NCBI GenBank assembly: GCA_033762915.1
Contig: JANRLD010000015.1
Location: 1 to 64,000, forward strand
From: Meiothermus sp.
Lineage (GTDB): Bacteria; Deinococcota; Deinococci; Deinococcales; Thermaceae
DNA length: 64,000 nucleotides
Reading direction: 5' to 3'
The notes below the pieces were generated by a model. The model searched no databases. It saw only the letters and a program-made list of their open reading frames with translations, and was not told the DNA's origin. Positions 52,020 through 61,102 of this stretch are shown here, one piece after another; the stretch's first letter is position 1; each line of letters begins with the position of its first letter. Both the position numbers and the translations under genes were made by a program.

Positions 52020-52391
52020 CTACACGTGCTGGTCTAGCAGGATGGGGTTGCCGTCGGGGTCAGTGAGGGTGAGGTAGCCGGGCCCGCTGGTGCCCTCCTG
52101 CACCCGGACCTCGGGCTCGAGGCCGCGCGCCAGCAGCTCCCGCTGCAGCTCGCGCACGTCGGTGAAGTCTGCTAGGGGCCTCGAGTCGCTGTCCCAGCCG
52201 GGGTTGAAGGTCAGGATGTTCTTTTCGAACATGCCCTCGAACAGCCCGATCACGGTGTCGCCATTCTTGAGGATCAGCCAGTTATTGGCTTGGTCGCCCC
52301 CCATCACCGCGAAGCCGAGCTTCTCGTAAAAGGCCCTCGAGGCCGCAATATTCTTGACTGCCAGACTTATTGAAAACGCGCCGAGTTGCAC
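52020..52391 (-). CDS. VOC family protein
   Basis: [42 protein letters not shown] start after GGGAGG. Confidence 0.88.
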   Translation of the reverse strand: MQLGAFSISLAVKNIAASRAFYEKLGFAVMGGDQANNWLILKNGDTVIGLFEGMFEKNILTFNPGWDSDSRPLADFTDVRELQRELLARGLEPEVRVQEGTSGPGYLTLTDPDGNPILLDQHV

Positions 52392-52540
52392 ACAACCTCC
52401 CTTTAGTTCTTCACGCAGTGGCCCATCTTGGTTGTTGAACGGATATGTGGCACTCACAAAGACGCAGCTTGATGTATGAGCGACTCTAGGTCTGGATGAT
52501 TCGAGTTTCGACTCGAGTCGAGTATGACATGATGTTTTAC

Positions 52541-52882
52541 TTAGGCCGCCAGCTTGACTGAGACCTTGCGAACCCCGGGGGTGGACTGCACCTCGGTCAG
52601 GAAGGTTTGCAGCGACTCAAAGCTCTTCTGCTCGACCACCAGCAGGGCCTCGGAGCCGCCCAGCAGGGCGTCGGCCTTCACCACTCCGGGCATCCGGCGC
52701 AGCGAGTGGGCCAGGCGTTTGGGCTGGGCGCAGGAAACAAACACGTAGGCCGAAACACGACGAATGTTCTCGACCACGGACTCTTGCACTTGATGGGCCA
52801 GTTGCATCATCTTCGCCTCCTGAAGCAGCTTCTCTCGCCGGTACTTGCTTTCCCACTCGGCCTGCCATGCTGTTGTGAACAT
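52541..52882 (-). CDS. Stand-alone Lrp/AsnC ligand-binding (RAM/ACT-like) domain protein with N-terminal helical extension
   Basis: AYVFV...[15 protein letters not shown]...[10 protein letters not shown] pattern; no HTH. Confidence 0.7.
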   Translation of the reverse strand: MFTTAWQAEWESKYRREKLLQEAKMMQLAHQVQESVVENIRRVSAYVFVSCAQPKRLAHSLRRMPGVVKADALLGGSEALLVVEQKSFESLQTFLTEVQSTPGVRKVSVKLAA

Positions 52883-52929
52883 ACCGCCCCCCTCGAGCCC
52901 TCCTCGCTTTGCCTTTAGTTTTGAGCCTT

Positions 52930-53220
52930 CTAGCTCGCCAGCGGCATTTCCTCTTTGCCCGTAATCCGGTCCCAAAGCTTGGTCAGGGTGCCCTCGGGGT
53001 AGTAGGTGGCCCGATACTGGCGGGTGGCCTCGAGCCAGGCCACGGCCAAGTTGTGGGCCGAGGGGCGCAGGCGATGGAGGCTCTGGCGCAGCTCGTTCTC
53101 CAGCGCCCACAGCCCGATCTGCCCGCGTCGGTTGTCCAGCTCGATCAGGGTGTTCAGCACTTCGCTGGGGTGTACAGTTCCGCGTCCGATGGTCTTCCAA
53201 ACCGAGTCCGTGCTAGTCAT
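52930..53220 (-). CDS. Hypothetical protein (96 aa) divergent from ddrO
   Basis: SD AGGGAGA; MTSTDSVWKTIGRGTVHPSEVLN... Confidence 0.75.
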   Translation of the reverse strand: MTSTDSVWKTIGRGTVHPSEVLNTLIELDNRRGQIGLWALENELRQSLHRLRPSAHNLAVAWLEATRQYRATYYPEGTLTKLWDRITGKEEMPLAS

Positions 53221-53267
53221 GGCATCTCTCCCTGAAATTGCTCTGTGTTTGTAACTAACTGTTACAT

Positions 53268-53358
53268 TTACGTTTATAACATACCTATTCTGCATAACGC
53301 AAGCCCTTGTGGGGGCATTACGTATTGACCGTAGAGATTTCTTATGCTACTGTCAGAA
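53268..53358. promoter_or_regulatory. Cluster of RDRM (DdrO-binding) 17-bp motifs overlapping the ddrO promoter
   Basis: TTACGTTTATAACATAC 53268, TTCTGCATAACGCAAGC 53288 (weak), TTACGTATTGACCGTAG 53318, TTATGCTACTGTCAGAA 53342; promoter TTGACC-17-TACTGT-N7-ATG. Confidence 0.8.
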
Positions 53359-53360
53359 GT

Positions 53361-53753
53361 ATGACACTAGCTGAACGTCTCCGCGAATTACGGAACCAGC
53401 AAGGCTGGCGGCTTAAGGACCTAGCAGACAAGAGCGGCCTGAGTGTGCCGTACCTGTCGGACCTCGAGCGTGGGCGCACCAACCCTAGCCTGGACACCCT
53501 CCAGACCCTGGCCGCCTCCTACACCGTCTCGGTCAACGACCTCCTGGCCCCCGTAGACTTCTACGGCGAGCGCACCGAGGCCTCGCTGCCCAAGGGCCTG
53601 GCCGAGCTGATGGCCGACCCCACCCTGGGCGCCGAGATCACCCCCGAGTGGCGCGACACCCTGGCCCGCATCGAGCTGCGCGGCAAGCGCCCCGAGACCA
53701 AGCGCGACTGGTACGAGGTCTTCTTGCACCTCAAGCGGATTCTGGAAGGCTAG
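53361..53753 (+). CDS. ddrO: DdrO, XRE-family repressor of the radiation/desiccation response
   Basis: ERLRELR...[17 protein letters not shown]...FYG...LPKGL...RIELRGKRP...WYE..LHLKRIL matches Deinococcus DdrO including the IrrE cleavage site EL/RGKR. Confidence 0.93.
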   Translation: MTLAERLRELRNQQGWRLKDLADKSGLSVPYLSDLERGRTNPSLDTLQTLAASYTVSVNDLLAPVDFYGERTEASLPKGLAELMADPTLGAEITPEWRDTLARIELRGKRPETKRDWYEVFLHLKRILEG

Positions 53754-53769
53754 AGAAAACGATACTCCT

Positions 53770-53804
53770 AAAGCCGATGGCATAGAGTTGCCGTCGGCTT
53801 TTTT
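53770..53804 (+). terminator. Intrinsic terminator after ddrO
   Basis: AAAGCCGATGGCA-TAGAGT-TGCCGTCGGCTTTTTT. Confidence 0.85.
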
Positions 53805-53864
53805 GTATCTCTCCATCCAGCGCGCCATCACAACTGCCCGGATAGGCCGACTATAGAAAGGAAT

Positions 53865-54401
53865 ATGGATATGGCAAAGCTCGTTTTCGGAATGAACCAG
53901 TCCCTAGACGGCTACGTTGATCACCTAGCCTTCGCGCCAAGCCCCTCGCTTTTCCGCCACTTTATCCAAGAGGCGCAAGGGCAGGCAGGCTGCCTGTATG
54001 GTCGCAAGATGTACGAGGTCATGCGTTACTGGGACGAGGAACACCCTGAATGGGATGCGGAGGAGTACGCCTACGCGACGGCGTGGCGCAGCCAGCCGAA
54101 ATGGGTTGTTTCGCGTTCGCTGAAGTCGGTCGGCCCCAATGCCACGCTTGTTGGGGATGACCTCGAGGGCGCGATTCGCAGGCTTAAGGCCGAACGTGAT
54201 GGAGAAATCGAAGTTGCTGGCCCGGATTTGGCGCACAGTCTCACCGCACTTGGACTGATCGACGAGTACCGCATCTATCTGCATCCAGTAGTGCTCGGAC
54301 ATGGCAAACCTTATTTCGCTGGCCCCCGGCCGCCACTCCGCCTTATCACTACTGATCGGATTGGGGAGGATGTGATCCGGTTGACTTACGCTCCAGCATA
54401 G
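53865..54401 (+). CDS. Dihydrofolate reductase family (RibD C-terminal-like) protein
   Basis: NQSLDGY, YGRKMYE, AGPDLA, LIDEYRIYLHPVVLG.GKPYF; start may be 53871. Confidence 0.9.
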   Translation: MDMAKLVFGMNQSLDGYVDHLAFAPSPSLFRHFIQEAQGQAGCLYGRKMYEVMRYWDEEHPEWDAEEYAYATAWRSQPKWVVSRSLKSVGPNATLVGDDLEGAIRRLKAERDGEIEVAGPDLAHSLTALGLIDEYRIYLHPVVLGHGKPYFAGPRPPLRLITTDRIGEDVIRLTYAPA

Positions 54402-54466
54402 AGCGTTGCTTTGATAAGGGTGCGATTGGCGGATGCGTCGGGTTGTTGGAGAGGTTAGGATGCCTT

Positions 54467-54868
54467 ATGTCCAAAGTCACTACGTTTCTGATGTTCGACG
54501 GTAAGGCCGAAGAGGCCATGAACTTTTATGTCTCGCTGTTTGAGGGCTCGAGCGTGGTTTCGGTGGAGCGCTACGGGCCGGAAGGCCCCGGGGCCGAGGG
54601 GAGCGTGCGGTTCGCGGTCTTTCGGCTGAACGGGCAGAACTATATGTGTATCGACAGCCCAGCCAAGCCCGACTTCACTTTCACGCCCGCAATCTCGCTT
54701 TACGTGACCTGCAAAACTGAGGAGGAGATCTACCGCCTCTTCAAGCAGCTACGGCAGGGTGGTCGGGTGCTGATGGAGATGGCCCCGCTACCGCCCCACA
54801 GCAAGAAATTTGCCTGGGTCACCGACCGCTTTGGCGTCTCCTGGCAGCTGAGCCAGCCCCAGAAGTAG
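54467..54868 (+). CDS. VOC/PhnB-like protein
   Basis: FLMFDGKAEEAMNFY, FTPAISL, WVTDRFGVSWQL. Confidence 0.9.
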   Translation: MSKVTTFLMFDGKAEEAMNFYVSLFEGSSVVSVERYGPEGPGAEGSVRFAVFRLNGQNYMCIDSPAKPDFTFTPAISLYVTCKTEEEIYRLFKQLRQGGRVLMEMAPLPPHSKKFAWVTDRFGVSWQLSQPQK

Positions 54869-55090
54869 GGGTTGCGCGTGGGGCAGCAGCGGACGCCCTG
54901 TGCGGGAGCCTCAGAGCGGTTCCCACGCATACTCCCTACGGCGCTAAAGCGGGCGGGTCTTGCTATATGTAATACATCACCTGCCGCCGCGAGGGAGGTA
55001 ATGTTGGGAAACGCGATCAGACCGGCTCGAATCCGGGGCGCATCGGGAGGCCCAACTCGAGGATTTGGTCTGCCGGTATAGAATCGCTCC

Positions 55091-56011
55091 ATGAGCAAAG
55101 TCGGTGTAGTAGGTTCTGGGCTGGTGGGTTCGACGGCCGCACACACCCTAGCGCTGCGGGGCACCTGCGAAGAGATCGTGCTGTTGGATTCCGACCTCGA
55201 CAAGGCCCAGGCCCAGGCGTCGGATGTGGCGGCCGCCGCCACGCTGCACCGGGGCATGCGGGTCTACAGCGGGGGCTTCGAGCGGCTGGCTGGGGCCGAT
55301 GTGGTGGTGCTTTCGGCGGGGCTGCGCCAGAGGGGTGGGCTCAGCCGTAGCGAACTGTTCGTGAGCAACGCGCAGATATTCCAGGAGGTTATCCCGCAGA
55401 TCGTAGCGGCGGCCCCCGACGCGGTGATCCTTGTGGCGACCCAGCCGGTCGACCCCCTCACCGAGCTGGCCACGCGGCTGGTCGGGGAGCACCGGGCGGC
55501 CAAGGTGCTGGGGGTGGGGACGGTGATGGAGACCATGCAATTGCGGGCGGCGGTGGCGGCCCACCTTGGCGTGTCCACCGAGCACGTCCACGGCTACGTA
55601 GTGGGGGAGGAGGGCGACTCGGCGCTGGTTGTCTGGTCAAACCTCAACGTGGCCGGGCTACCCATCACCAAATTCGCCGCCCAGCGCGGCAAGAGCTGGA
55701 CTTACCACGACCAGTCGCAGATCACCGACCGCACCCAGCGCTCCAACCGCCGGGTGGTGGAGGGCAAGGGGGCAGTGGCCTACAGTGTGGGCGTGGCGAT
55801 CGCTCGAGTGGTGGAGGCAGTGGTGCGCGATGCCCAAGTGGTACTCACGGTAAGCGCTCGAGACCCCGAGCAGGGCCTGTCGTACTCGATGCCCCGCCTG
55901 GTTGGCCGGGGCGGGGTGATCGCCACCGTCGACCCCCACCTCTCCGAGGAGGAGGCGTTCCGCCTCGATATTCTCCTCAACAGCCTACGCAACACCTTCG
56001 AGAAAATCTGA
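55091..56011 (+). CDS. Lactate/malate dehydrogenase-family protein with substituted catalytic residues
   Basis: GSGLVG Rossmann motif and overall LDH layout, but GEEGDS for GEHGDS, METMQLR for LDTARFR, TQPVD for TNPVD. Confidence 0.88.
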   Translation: MSKVGVVGSGLVGSTAAHTLALRGTCEEIVLLDSDLDKAQAQASDVAAAATLHRGMRVYSGGFERLAGADVVVLSAGLRQRGGLSRSELFVSNAQIFQEVIPQIVAAAPDAVILVATQPVDPLTELATRLVGEHRAAKVLGVGTVMETMQLRAAVAAHLGVSTEHVHGYVVGEEGDSALVVWSNLNVAGLPITKFAAQRGKSWTYHDQSQITDRTQRSNRRVVEGKGAVAYSVGVAIARVVEAVVRDAQVVLTVSARDPEQGLSYSMPRLVGRGGVIATVDPHLSEEEAFRLDILLNSLRNTFEKI

Positions 56012-56083
56012 CCCCCAGCACGGCCCCTTGCGGGCGGAAGGCTTGGCCGACCGCTCGCTGAGCACACAAAAGAAGGAGCTTTC

Positions 56084-56902
56084 ATGCTTGTTGAAAACCC
56101 CCGCGAATTCCTGCGACACGCCTACCAGCAGCGCTTCTGCATGCCGGCCTTCAACGTCTGCAACCTCGAGATGGCCAGAGCGGTGATCGAGGCGGCGACC
56201 GAGGAGAAGGCCCCGGTAATCGTCCAGACCTATCCGGGCGACCTCGAGCACGGCGGCCTGCGGACCCTGCCGGCGCTCATCAAGAGCTTCGCCGCCGAGA
56301 CCCCGGTACCGGTCTTTCTTCACCTCGACCACGGGCCGGGGCTAGAGTTCAACTTGCGCTGCCTGCGCGAGGGGTACAGCTCCTGCATGTTCGACGGGTA
56401 CCAGCTCTCGCTCGAGGAAGCGCTGAAAGAGACCGCCCTGATCGCTCGAGCGGCCCACGCGCTCGGGGCGGCAGTGGAGGGCGAGCTGGGCACGTTCGGC
56501 GAGGGACAGGGAGACCAGATTCACTACACCGACCCCGCCCAGGTGCCGCTGATGTTTGAGCAGGGGCGGGTGGACATGCTGGCGGTCTCGGTAGGCTCCG
56601 AGCACGGCAAGTCCACGCGGCTGCGCCTGGACCTGCTCGAGGACATCGCCGGGCAGGCTGGTGGCCCGCTGGTCTTGCACGGCGGCAGCGGCATCCACGA
56701 GGACGATGTGCGGGCGGCGGTGCGGCTTGGGGTGGTGAAGATCAACATCGGCGCGGCCCTGTCCAGGGCCTGGGTGGAGGCCTCGAGGGAGGCCCTGGAG
56801 GCTGGTCAGAACCACTACGACATGCTCGAGCGCTGCCTGGACCGGGTGCGCGAAGTGGCCCGCAACCGCCTTCGCCTGATGGGTGCCTCTGGCAAAGCTT
56901 GA
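56084..56902 (+). CDS. Class II ketose-bisphosphate aldolase
   Basis: PAFN, HLDHG, MFD, EGELG, GSEHG, LVLHGGSG, KINIG; SD AAGGAG. Confidence 0.9.
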   Translation: MLVENPREFLRHAYQQRFCMPAFNVCNLEMARAVIEAATEEKAPVIVQTYPGDLEHGGLRTLPALIKSFAAETPVPVFLHLDHGPGLEFNLRCLREGYSSCMFDGYQLSLEEALKETALIARAAHALGAAVEGELGTFGEGQGDQIHYTDPAQVPLMFEQGRVDMLAVSVGSEHGKSTRLRLDLLEDIAGQAGGPLVLHGGSGIHEDDVRAAVRLGVVKINIGAALSRAWVEASREALEAGQNHYDMLERCLDRVREVARNRLRLMGASGKA

Positions 56903-57041
56903 GCTCTTTCATCGAGTAGCCGGTAGCCGCCTTGTAGGGACATTGAGGGCGTGCTCGAGGTGTAATCGAGCGGCTCAAAACCCCACGGGTTCGGGTGCTG
57001 AGGCTTTGGGCAGCGGGTACCGGCTTGGTAAGCTGGGGCCG

Positions 57042-57779
57042 ATGAAGTACACCATTCTGACCCTGTTTCCCGGTCTTGTGCGGCCCTGGCTCGAGGAGGC
57101 CCTGATCCAAAAGGCCATCGAGAAGGGTTTGATCGAGGTCGAGGTGCGCGACATCCGCGACTACGCCAACAACAAGCACAACATCGTCGACGAGACCCCC
57201 TACGGCGGCGGGGCCGGCATGGTGATGAAGGTAGACGTGGTGGTGCGGGCCATCGAGGCCGCCGGGGAGGCCGACGAGGTAATCCTACTGACCCCCGCCG
57301 GGCGACCCTTCAACCAGCGGACCGCCGAAGAGCTGGCGGCCCTGAGTTCGGACCAGGGGCGCAAACATCTGGTGCTGGTCTGCGGGCGCTACGAGGGGAT
57401 CGACGCTCGAGTCGAGCAGTTCGTCACCCGCGAAGTCTCCATCGGCGACTATGTGCTGATGGGCGGAGAGCTGGGGGCGCTGGTGCTGCTGGAGGCCACC
57501 TCGAGGCTGATCCCCGGCGTCATCAAGGAGGCCGAGAGTCATCAGCAGGACTCATTTTCGACCGGGCTGCTGGACTACCCGCACTACACCCGGCCCGCCA
57601 GCTTTCGCGGGCTCGAGGTGCCCGAAATCCTAATCTCCGGCCATCACGCCAAGATTAATGAGTGGCGGCGCAGACAGGCGCTGAGCCGCACCAAGGCCCG
57701 CCGGCCAGACCTTCTGAACGGCACCGAGCTTACCCCCAAAGACCTGGCCTGGCTGGACGCGCAGGACGGTTCAGCGTAA
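57042..57779 (+). CDS. trmD: tRNA (guanine37-N1)-methyltransferase
   Basis: TLFP, PYGGGAGMVM, CGRYEGIDAR, SIGDYVLMGGE, LDYPHYTRP, SGHH. Confidence 0.97.
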   Translation: MKYTILTLFPGLVRPWLEEALIQKAIEKGLIEVEVRDIRDYANNKHNIVDETPYGGGAGMVMKVDVVVRAIEAAGEADEVILLTPAGRPFNQRTAEELAALSSDQGRKHLVLVCGRYEGIDARVEQFVTREVSIGDYVLMGGELGALVLLEATSRLIPGVIKEAESHQQDSFSTGLLDYPHYTRPASFRGLEVPEILISGHHAKINEWRRRQALSRTKARRPDLLNGTELTPKDLAWLDAQDGSA

Positions 57780-57883
57780 CGCCCAACCTGGCAGTGCGTC
57801 TCGTTTAGGGGAAACAACTGACGAAAAAACCTCCCATTCGTGGACTCTAGGCCACACTTAGGCGTCACGCGGTTGTAAATCCA

Positions 57884-57937
57884 TTGACACTCCCCTGACC
57901 CGTTCTTATACTCCCCTCAGGTGTTCGACACCTGAGG
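57884..57937 (+). promoter_or_regulatory. Sigma-A promoter followed by a perfect palindrome covering the TSS and part of the SD
   Basis: TTGACA-17-TATACT (57884-57912); CCTCAGGTGT-TCG-ACACCTGAGG at 57915-57937. Confidence 0.75.
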
Positions 57938-57949
57938 AGGATTCCAACC

Positions 57950-58963
57950 ATGCTAAAAAGAGCACTTGCGCTCGCTGCTGTCGGACTAGCGGTGTCGGGT
58001 CTGGCACAGACCAACGTAAAATTCACCCTCGACTTTTCCTTCCAAGGCCCCACCTCGCCTTTTTTGCTGGCCCTGGACAAGGGCTATTACACGGCGGAGC
58101 GGCTGAACGTGTCCATCGACCGGGGCTTCGGCTCGGGCGACGCGATCAGCAAAATTGCTGCGGGCACCTACGACATGGGCTTCGCTGACGTCAACTCGAT
58201 GATCGAGTTCAACGCCAGGAACCCCAACAACCAGCTACTGGCGGTGTTCATGGTCTACAACTCCACTCCTGCCGCCGTCTTCTCGATCCGGGGCAGGGGC
58301 ATCACCCGCCCGGCCGACCTGGTGGGCAAGACTCTGGCCGCACCGGCGGGCGACGCCGGACGTCGGCTGTTCCCGGTTTTTGCCGAGGCCACCGGCATCG
58401 ACGTGAGCAAGGTCAACTTCATTAACGTCGACGCCCCGCTGCGCGAGCCGACCCTGGCGCGCGGCCAGGCCGACGGGATCACCGGCTTCTTTTTCACCTC
58501 CTTCCTCAACTTGCGCAATGTCGGGGTTAAGCCGGAGGACATGGTAATCCTGCGCTACTCCGACTTCACCCAAGACCTCTATGGCAATGCCGTGGTGGTT
58601 CGGCGCGACTTCGCCCAGTCCAACCCAGCGGCCGTCTCGGCTTTCCTGCGGGCTACGGTCAGGGGCTTCAAGGACGTCATCGCCAACCCTGACGAGGGCG
58701 TGGCGGCGGCCAAGCGCCGCGACGGTCTGTTGAACGACGCCCTCGAGCGCGAGCGCCTGGTGCTGGCCTTCAACGCCCATGTCCTGACCGCCGATAGCCG
58801 CGCCTTCGGGCTGGGCTCGGTGCGCCGCGAGCGCATGGAGCGCAACATCCGCGCCGTCACCAAGGCCTTCGACCTCCCCAGCACCCTCAAGGTTGAACAG
58901 GTCTGGACCGACCGCTTCCTGCCCCCGATTGCCGAGCGGCGGGTGACGGGGTCGCTGCGCTAA
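57950..58963 (+). CDS. NMT1/THI5-like ABC substrate-binding protein (probably nucleobase/urate)
   Basis: Signal peptide; LALDKGYY..E.LNV.I.RG.GS, YGNAVVV; upstream of purine catabolic genes. Confidence 0.85.
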   Translation: MLKRALALAAVGLAVSGLAQTNVKFTLDFSFQGPTSPFLLALDKGYYTAERLNVSIDRGFGSGDAISKIAAGTYDMGFADVNSMIEFNARNPNNQLLAVFMVYNSTPAAVFSIRGRGITRPADLVGKTLAAPAGDAGRRLFPVFAEATGIDVSKVNFINVDAPLREPTLARGQADGITGFFFTSFLNLRNVGVKPEDMVILRYSDFTQDLYGNAVVVRRDFAQSNPAAVSAFLRATVRGFKDVIANPDEGVAAAKRRDGLLNDALERERLVLAFNAHVLTADSRAFGLGSVRRERMERNIRAVTKAFDLPSTLKVEQVWTDRFLPPIAERRVTGSLR

Positions 58964-58977
58964 ACGCTTGGACACGG

Positions 58978-59018
58978 GCTGTCAGCCTGACGCTGCGCGG
59001 TGGTTTAGGCTGACGGCT
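58978..59018 (+). other. Intergenic hairpin after the substrate-binding gene
   Basis: GCTGTCAGCCTGA ... TTAGGCTGACGGC. Confidence 0.55.
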
Positions 59019-59050
59019 GAAAGTCCGACCCATTCGGGGTACACTGACCC

Positions 59051-59854
59051 ATGTCCTTCATTGAACTGAGCGACGTCAGCCTCCGCTACGACAACGGCTA
59101 CTTGGCCGTAGAGGGGGTTGACCTCTCAATCGCCGAGGGCGAGTTCGTCTCGCTGGTGGGGCCGTCGGGATGCGGCAAGTCCACCCTACTGCGGGTGATT
59201 TCCGGACTCCGCAAACCCAGCGTAGGAAGCGCCACGGTTCACGGCAAAGCCGTGAGCGGGCCCATTGGCGGGGTGGGGATGGCCTTCCAAAACGCCACCC
59301 TGATGCCCTGGCGCACCGTGATCCAAAACATTCTGCTGCCCCTCGAGGTCTCCCCACTGCACAAGCACAAGTACCGACAGAACCCCAAGCCCTACGTAGA
59401 ATCGGCCCGGGAGCTTATGGCCTCGGTCGGGCTGGCCGGGTTCGAAAACGTGAACGTGTGGGAGCTATCGGGCGGGATGCAGCAGCGCGCCAGCCTGTGC
59501 CGGGCCCTGATCCACCAACCGGAAATTCTGATGCTCGACGAGCCGTTCTCGGCGCTGGACGCCTTCACCCGCGAGGAGCTGTGGCAGGCCATGCAGGTGT
59601 TGTATATGAGCCGCAAGCCCACCGTGATCCTGGTCACCCACGACCTGCGCGAGGCCGTCTACCTTTCCGACACCATCTACACCATGAGTTCGCGCCCCGG
59701 AAAGATCGCCTACTCGAGGAAGGTCACCTTCCCCAGGCCGCGGGCCCTCGAGTCCACCTACGACGACGACTTCGCCCACATCGTCAAGGAGCTGCGCGAG
59801 CAGATTGGCGGCATGCGCACGCAGATTAGCGGGCTGAAAGGCGTCGGGGCTTAG
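59051..59854 (+). CDS. NitT/TauT-family ABC ATPase
   Basis: GPSGCGKST, LSGGMQQR, LDEPFSALDAFTRE. Confidence 0.93.
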   Translation: MSFIELSDVSLRYDNGYLAVEGVDLSIAEGEFVSLVGPSGCGKSTLLRVISGLRKPSVGSATVHGKAVSGPIGGVGMAFQNATLMPWRTVIQNILLPLEVSPLHKHKYRQNPKPYVESARELMASVGLAGFENVNVWELSGGMQQRASLCRALIHQPEILMLDEPFSALDAFTREELWQAMQVLYMSRKPTVILVTHDLREAVYLSDTIYTMSSRPGKIAYSRKVTFPRPRALESTYDDDFAHIVKELREQIGGMRTQISGLKGVGA

Positions 59855-59893
59855 GGAACGGGGCAGGTTAAGCTCGATTGAGGTGGGAGGCGT

Positions 59894-60658
59894 ATGAACG
59901 GGAGGACTCGAGACACCCTGACTGCGGTCGCGGCGACCGTGGGGCTATTCGTGCTGTGGGAGGTTGGGGTGCGGCTGTTCAGCGTGCCGACTTTCATCCT
60001 ACCGCCGCCCACACAGGCGGTGCAATCGCTGCTACCGGTCTGGGGCGTAGTGATGGGGCACGCCTGGCAGACCCTTTGGACGACCCTGGTAGGCTTCGGG
60101 ATTGCGGTACTGGCCGGGGTGCTGCTGGGCGTCGCGGTGGGGACCTCCAAGGCCCTCAACGTCTCGCTATACCCCATCCTGGTGGGCTTCAATAGCGTGC
60201 CCAAGGCCGCGCTGGTTCCGGTGTTGGTGCTGTGGTTCGGAATTGGGACGGTGCCGGCGATTCTCTCGGCCTTCTTGATCTCGTTCTTCCCCATTGTGGT
60301 GAACGTGGCGACCGGGCTGGCCTCGGTGCCGCCCGAGCAGCGCGAGGTGCTGCGGGTGCTGGGGGCCAGCCGCTTCGAGGGCTTCACCAAGGTCTCGCTG
60401 CCCTACTCGATGCCCTACTTCTTCGCCTCGCTCAAGGTCGCCATCACCCTGGCCTTCGTGGGCGCGGTCATCGCCGAGATTGCCGCCTCGCAGCGCGGTA
60501 TTGGCTACATGATGACCTCGGCCAGCTCTAACTTTAACGTCCCCCTGGTCTTCGGCGGTCTGCTCCTGATCGCGGTGATGGGTATCGTGCTCTACGCCGT
60601 GTTCGCGGTGCTCGAGCGAAGGGTAGTGGGCTGGGCCTACCGCAGCCAAAACACCTAG
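59894..60658 (+). CDS. NitT/TauT-family ABC permease
   Basis: ILPPP, PKAALVP..VLWFG, FFPIVVN, GAVIAE. Confidence 0.92.
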   Translation: MNGRTRDTLTAVAATVGLFVLWEVGVRLFSVPTFILPPPTQAVQSLLPVWGVVMGHAWQTLWTTLVGFGIAVLAGVLLGVAVGTSKALNVSLYPILVGFNSVPKAALVPVLVLWFGIGTVPAILSAFLISFFPIVVNVATGLASVPPEQREVLRVLGASRFEGFTKVSLPYSMPYFFASLKVAITLAFVGAVIAEIAASQRGIGYMMTSASSNFNVPLVFGGLLLIAVMGIVLYAVFAVLERRVVGWAYRSQNT

Positions 60659-61102
60659 CATATTGCCTCGATCTCACTCTTGGGAATTGCCCCGGGCTGT
60701 GCCTCGACCTTGACGCACTCTGCCATGATTTGTTGTCTGGCTACAGAGGTAGCGCGAAATAGAGTGCGAATCTGGGAAGCTGACTTGCAGTGGGTACGCA
60801 AGGTGAAAAGGACTTCGGCCAAGGATTTGGCAATGACTTAAGGCTGGACATTAGCTCACACCACGAATATCACCCCACCTAGAGCCTCAGATGTGCAAGA
60901 CATTCGCGGGAGCGGCCCAACCTGATTCCGGCGCGGCCGATTCGCCCGAACCGTGCGGACGACTCGCTTTGCCCCCCCGATGTCCAGTTGATCGTGCCCT
61001 TCCGCTGGGGCCCTTTACTTGTTCACTGCTACTAGTTCGCGGCCCAGGACTGAGGGGGTGTGGTGCATTGCTCAATACTCCCTGGTGCTTCAAAATACCC
61101 CC

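Noticed and set aside
54974..55081. CATCACCT...AGGTAATG resembling the MmyB operator, and a 26-codon ORF after GGGAGG
   Set aside because: Spacer is 13 bp rather than 3, SD spacing is too short and the peptide has no supporting features
55091..56011. Assigning the symbol ldh
   Set aside because: Essential catalytic residues are substituted
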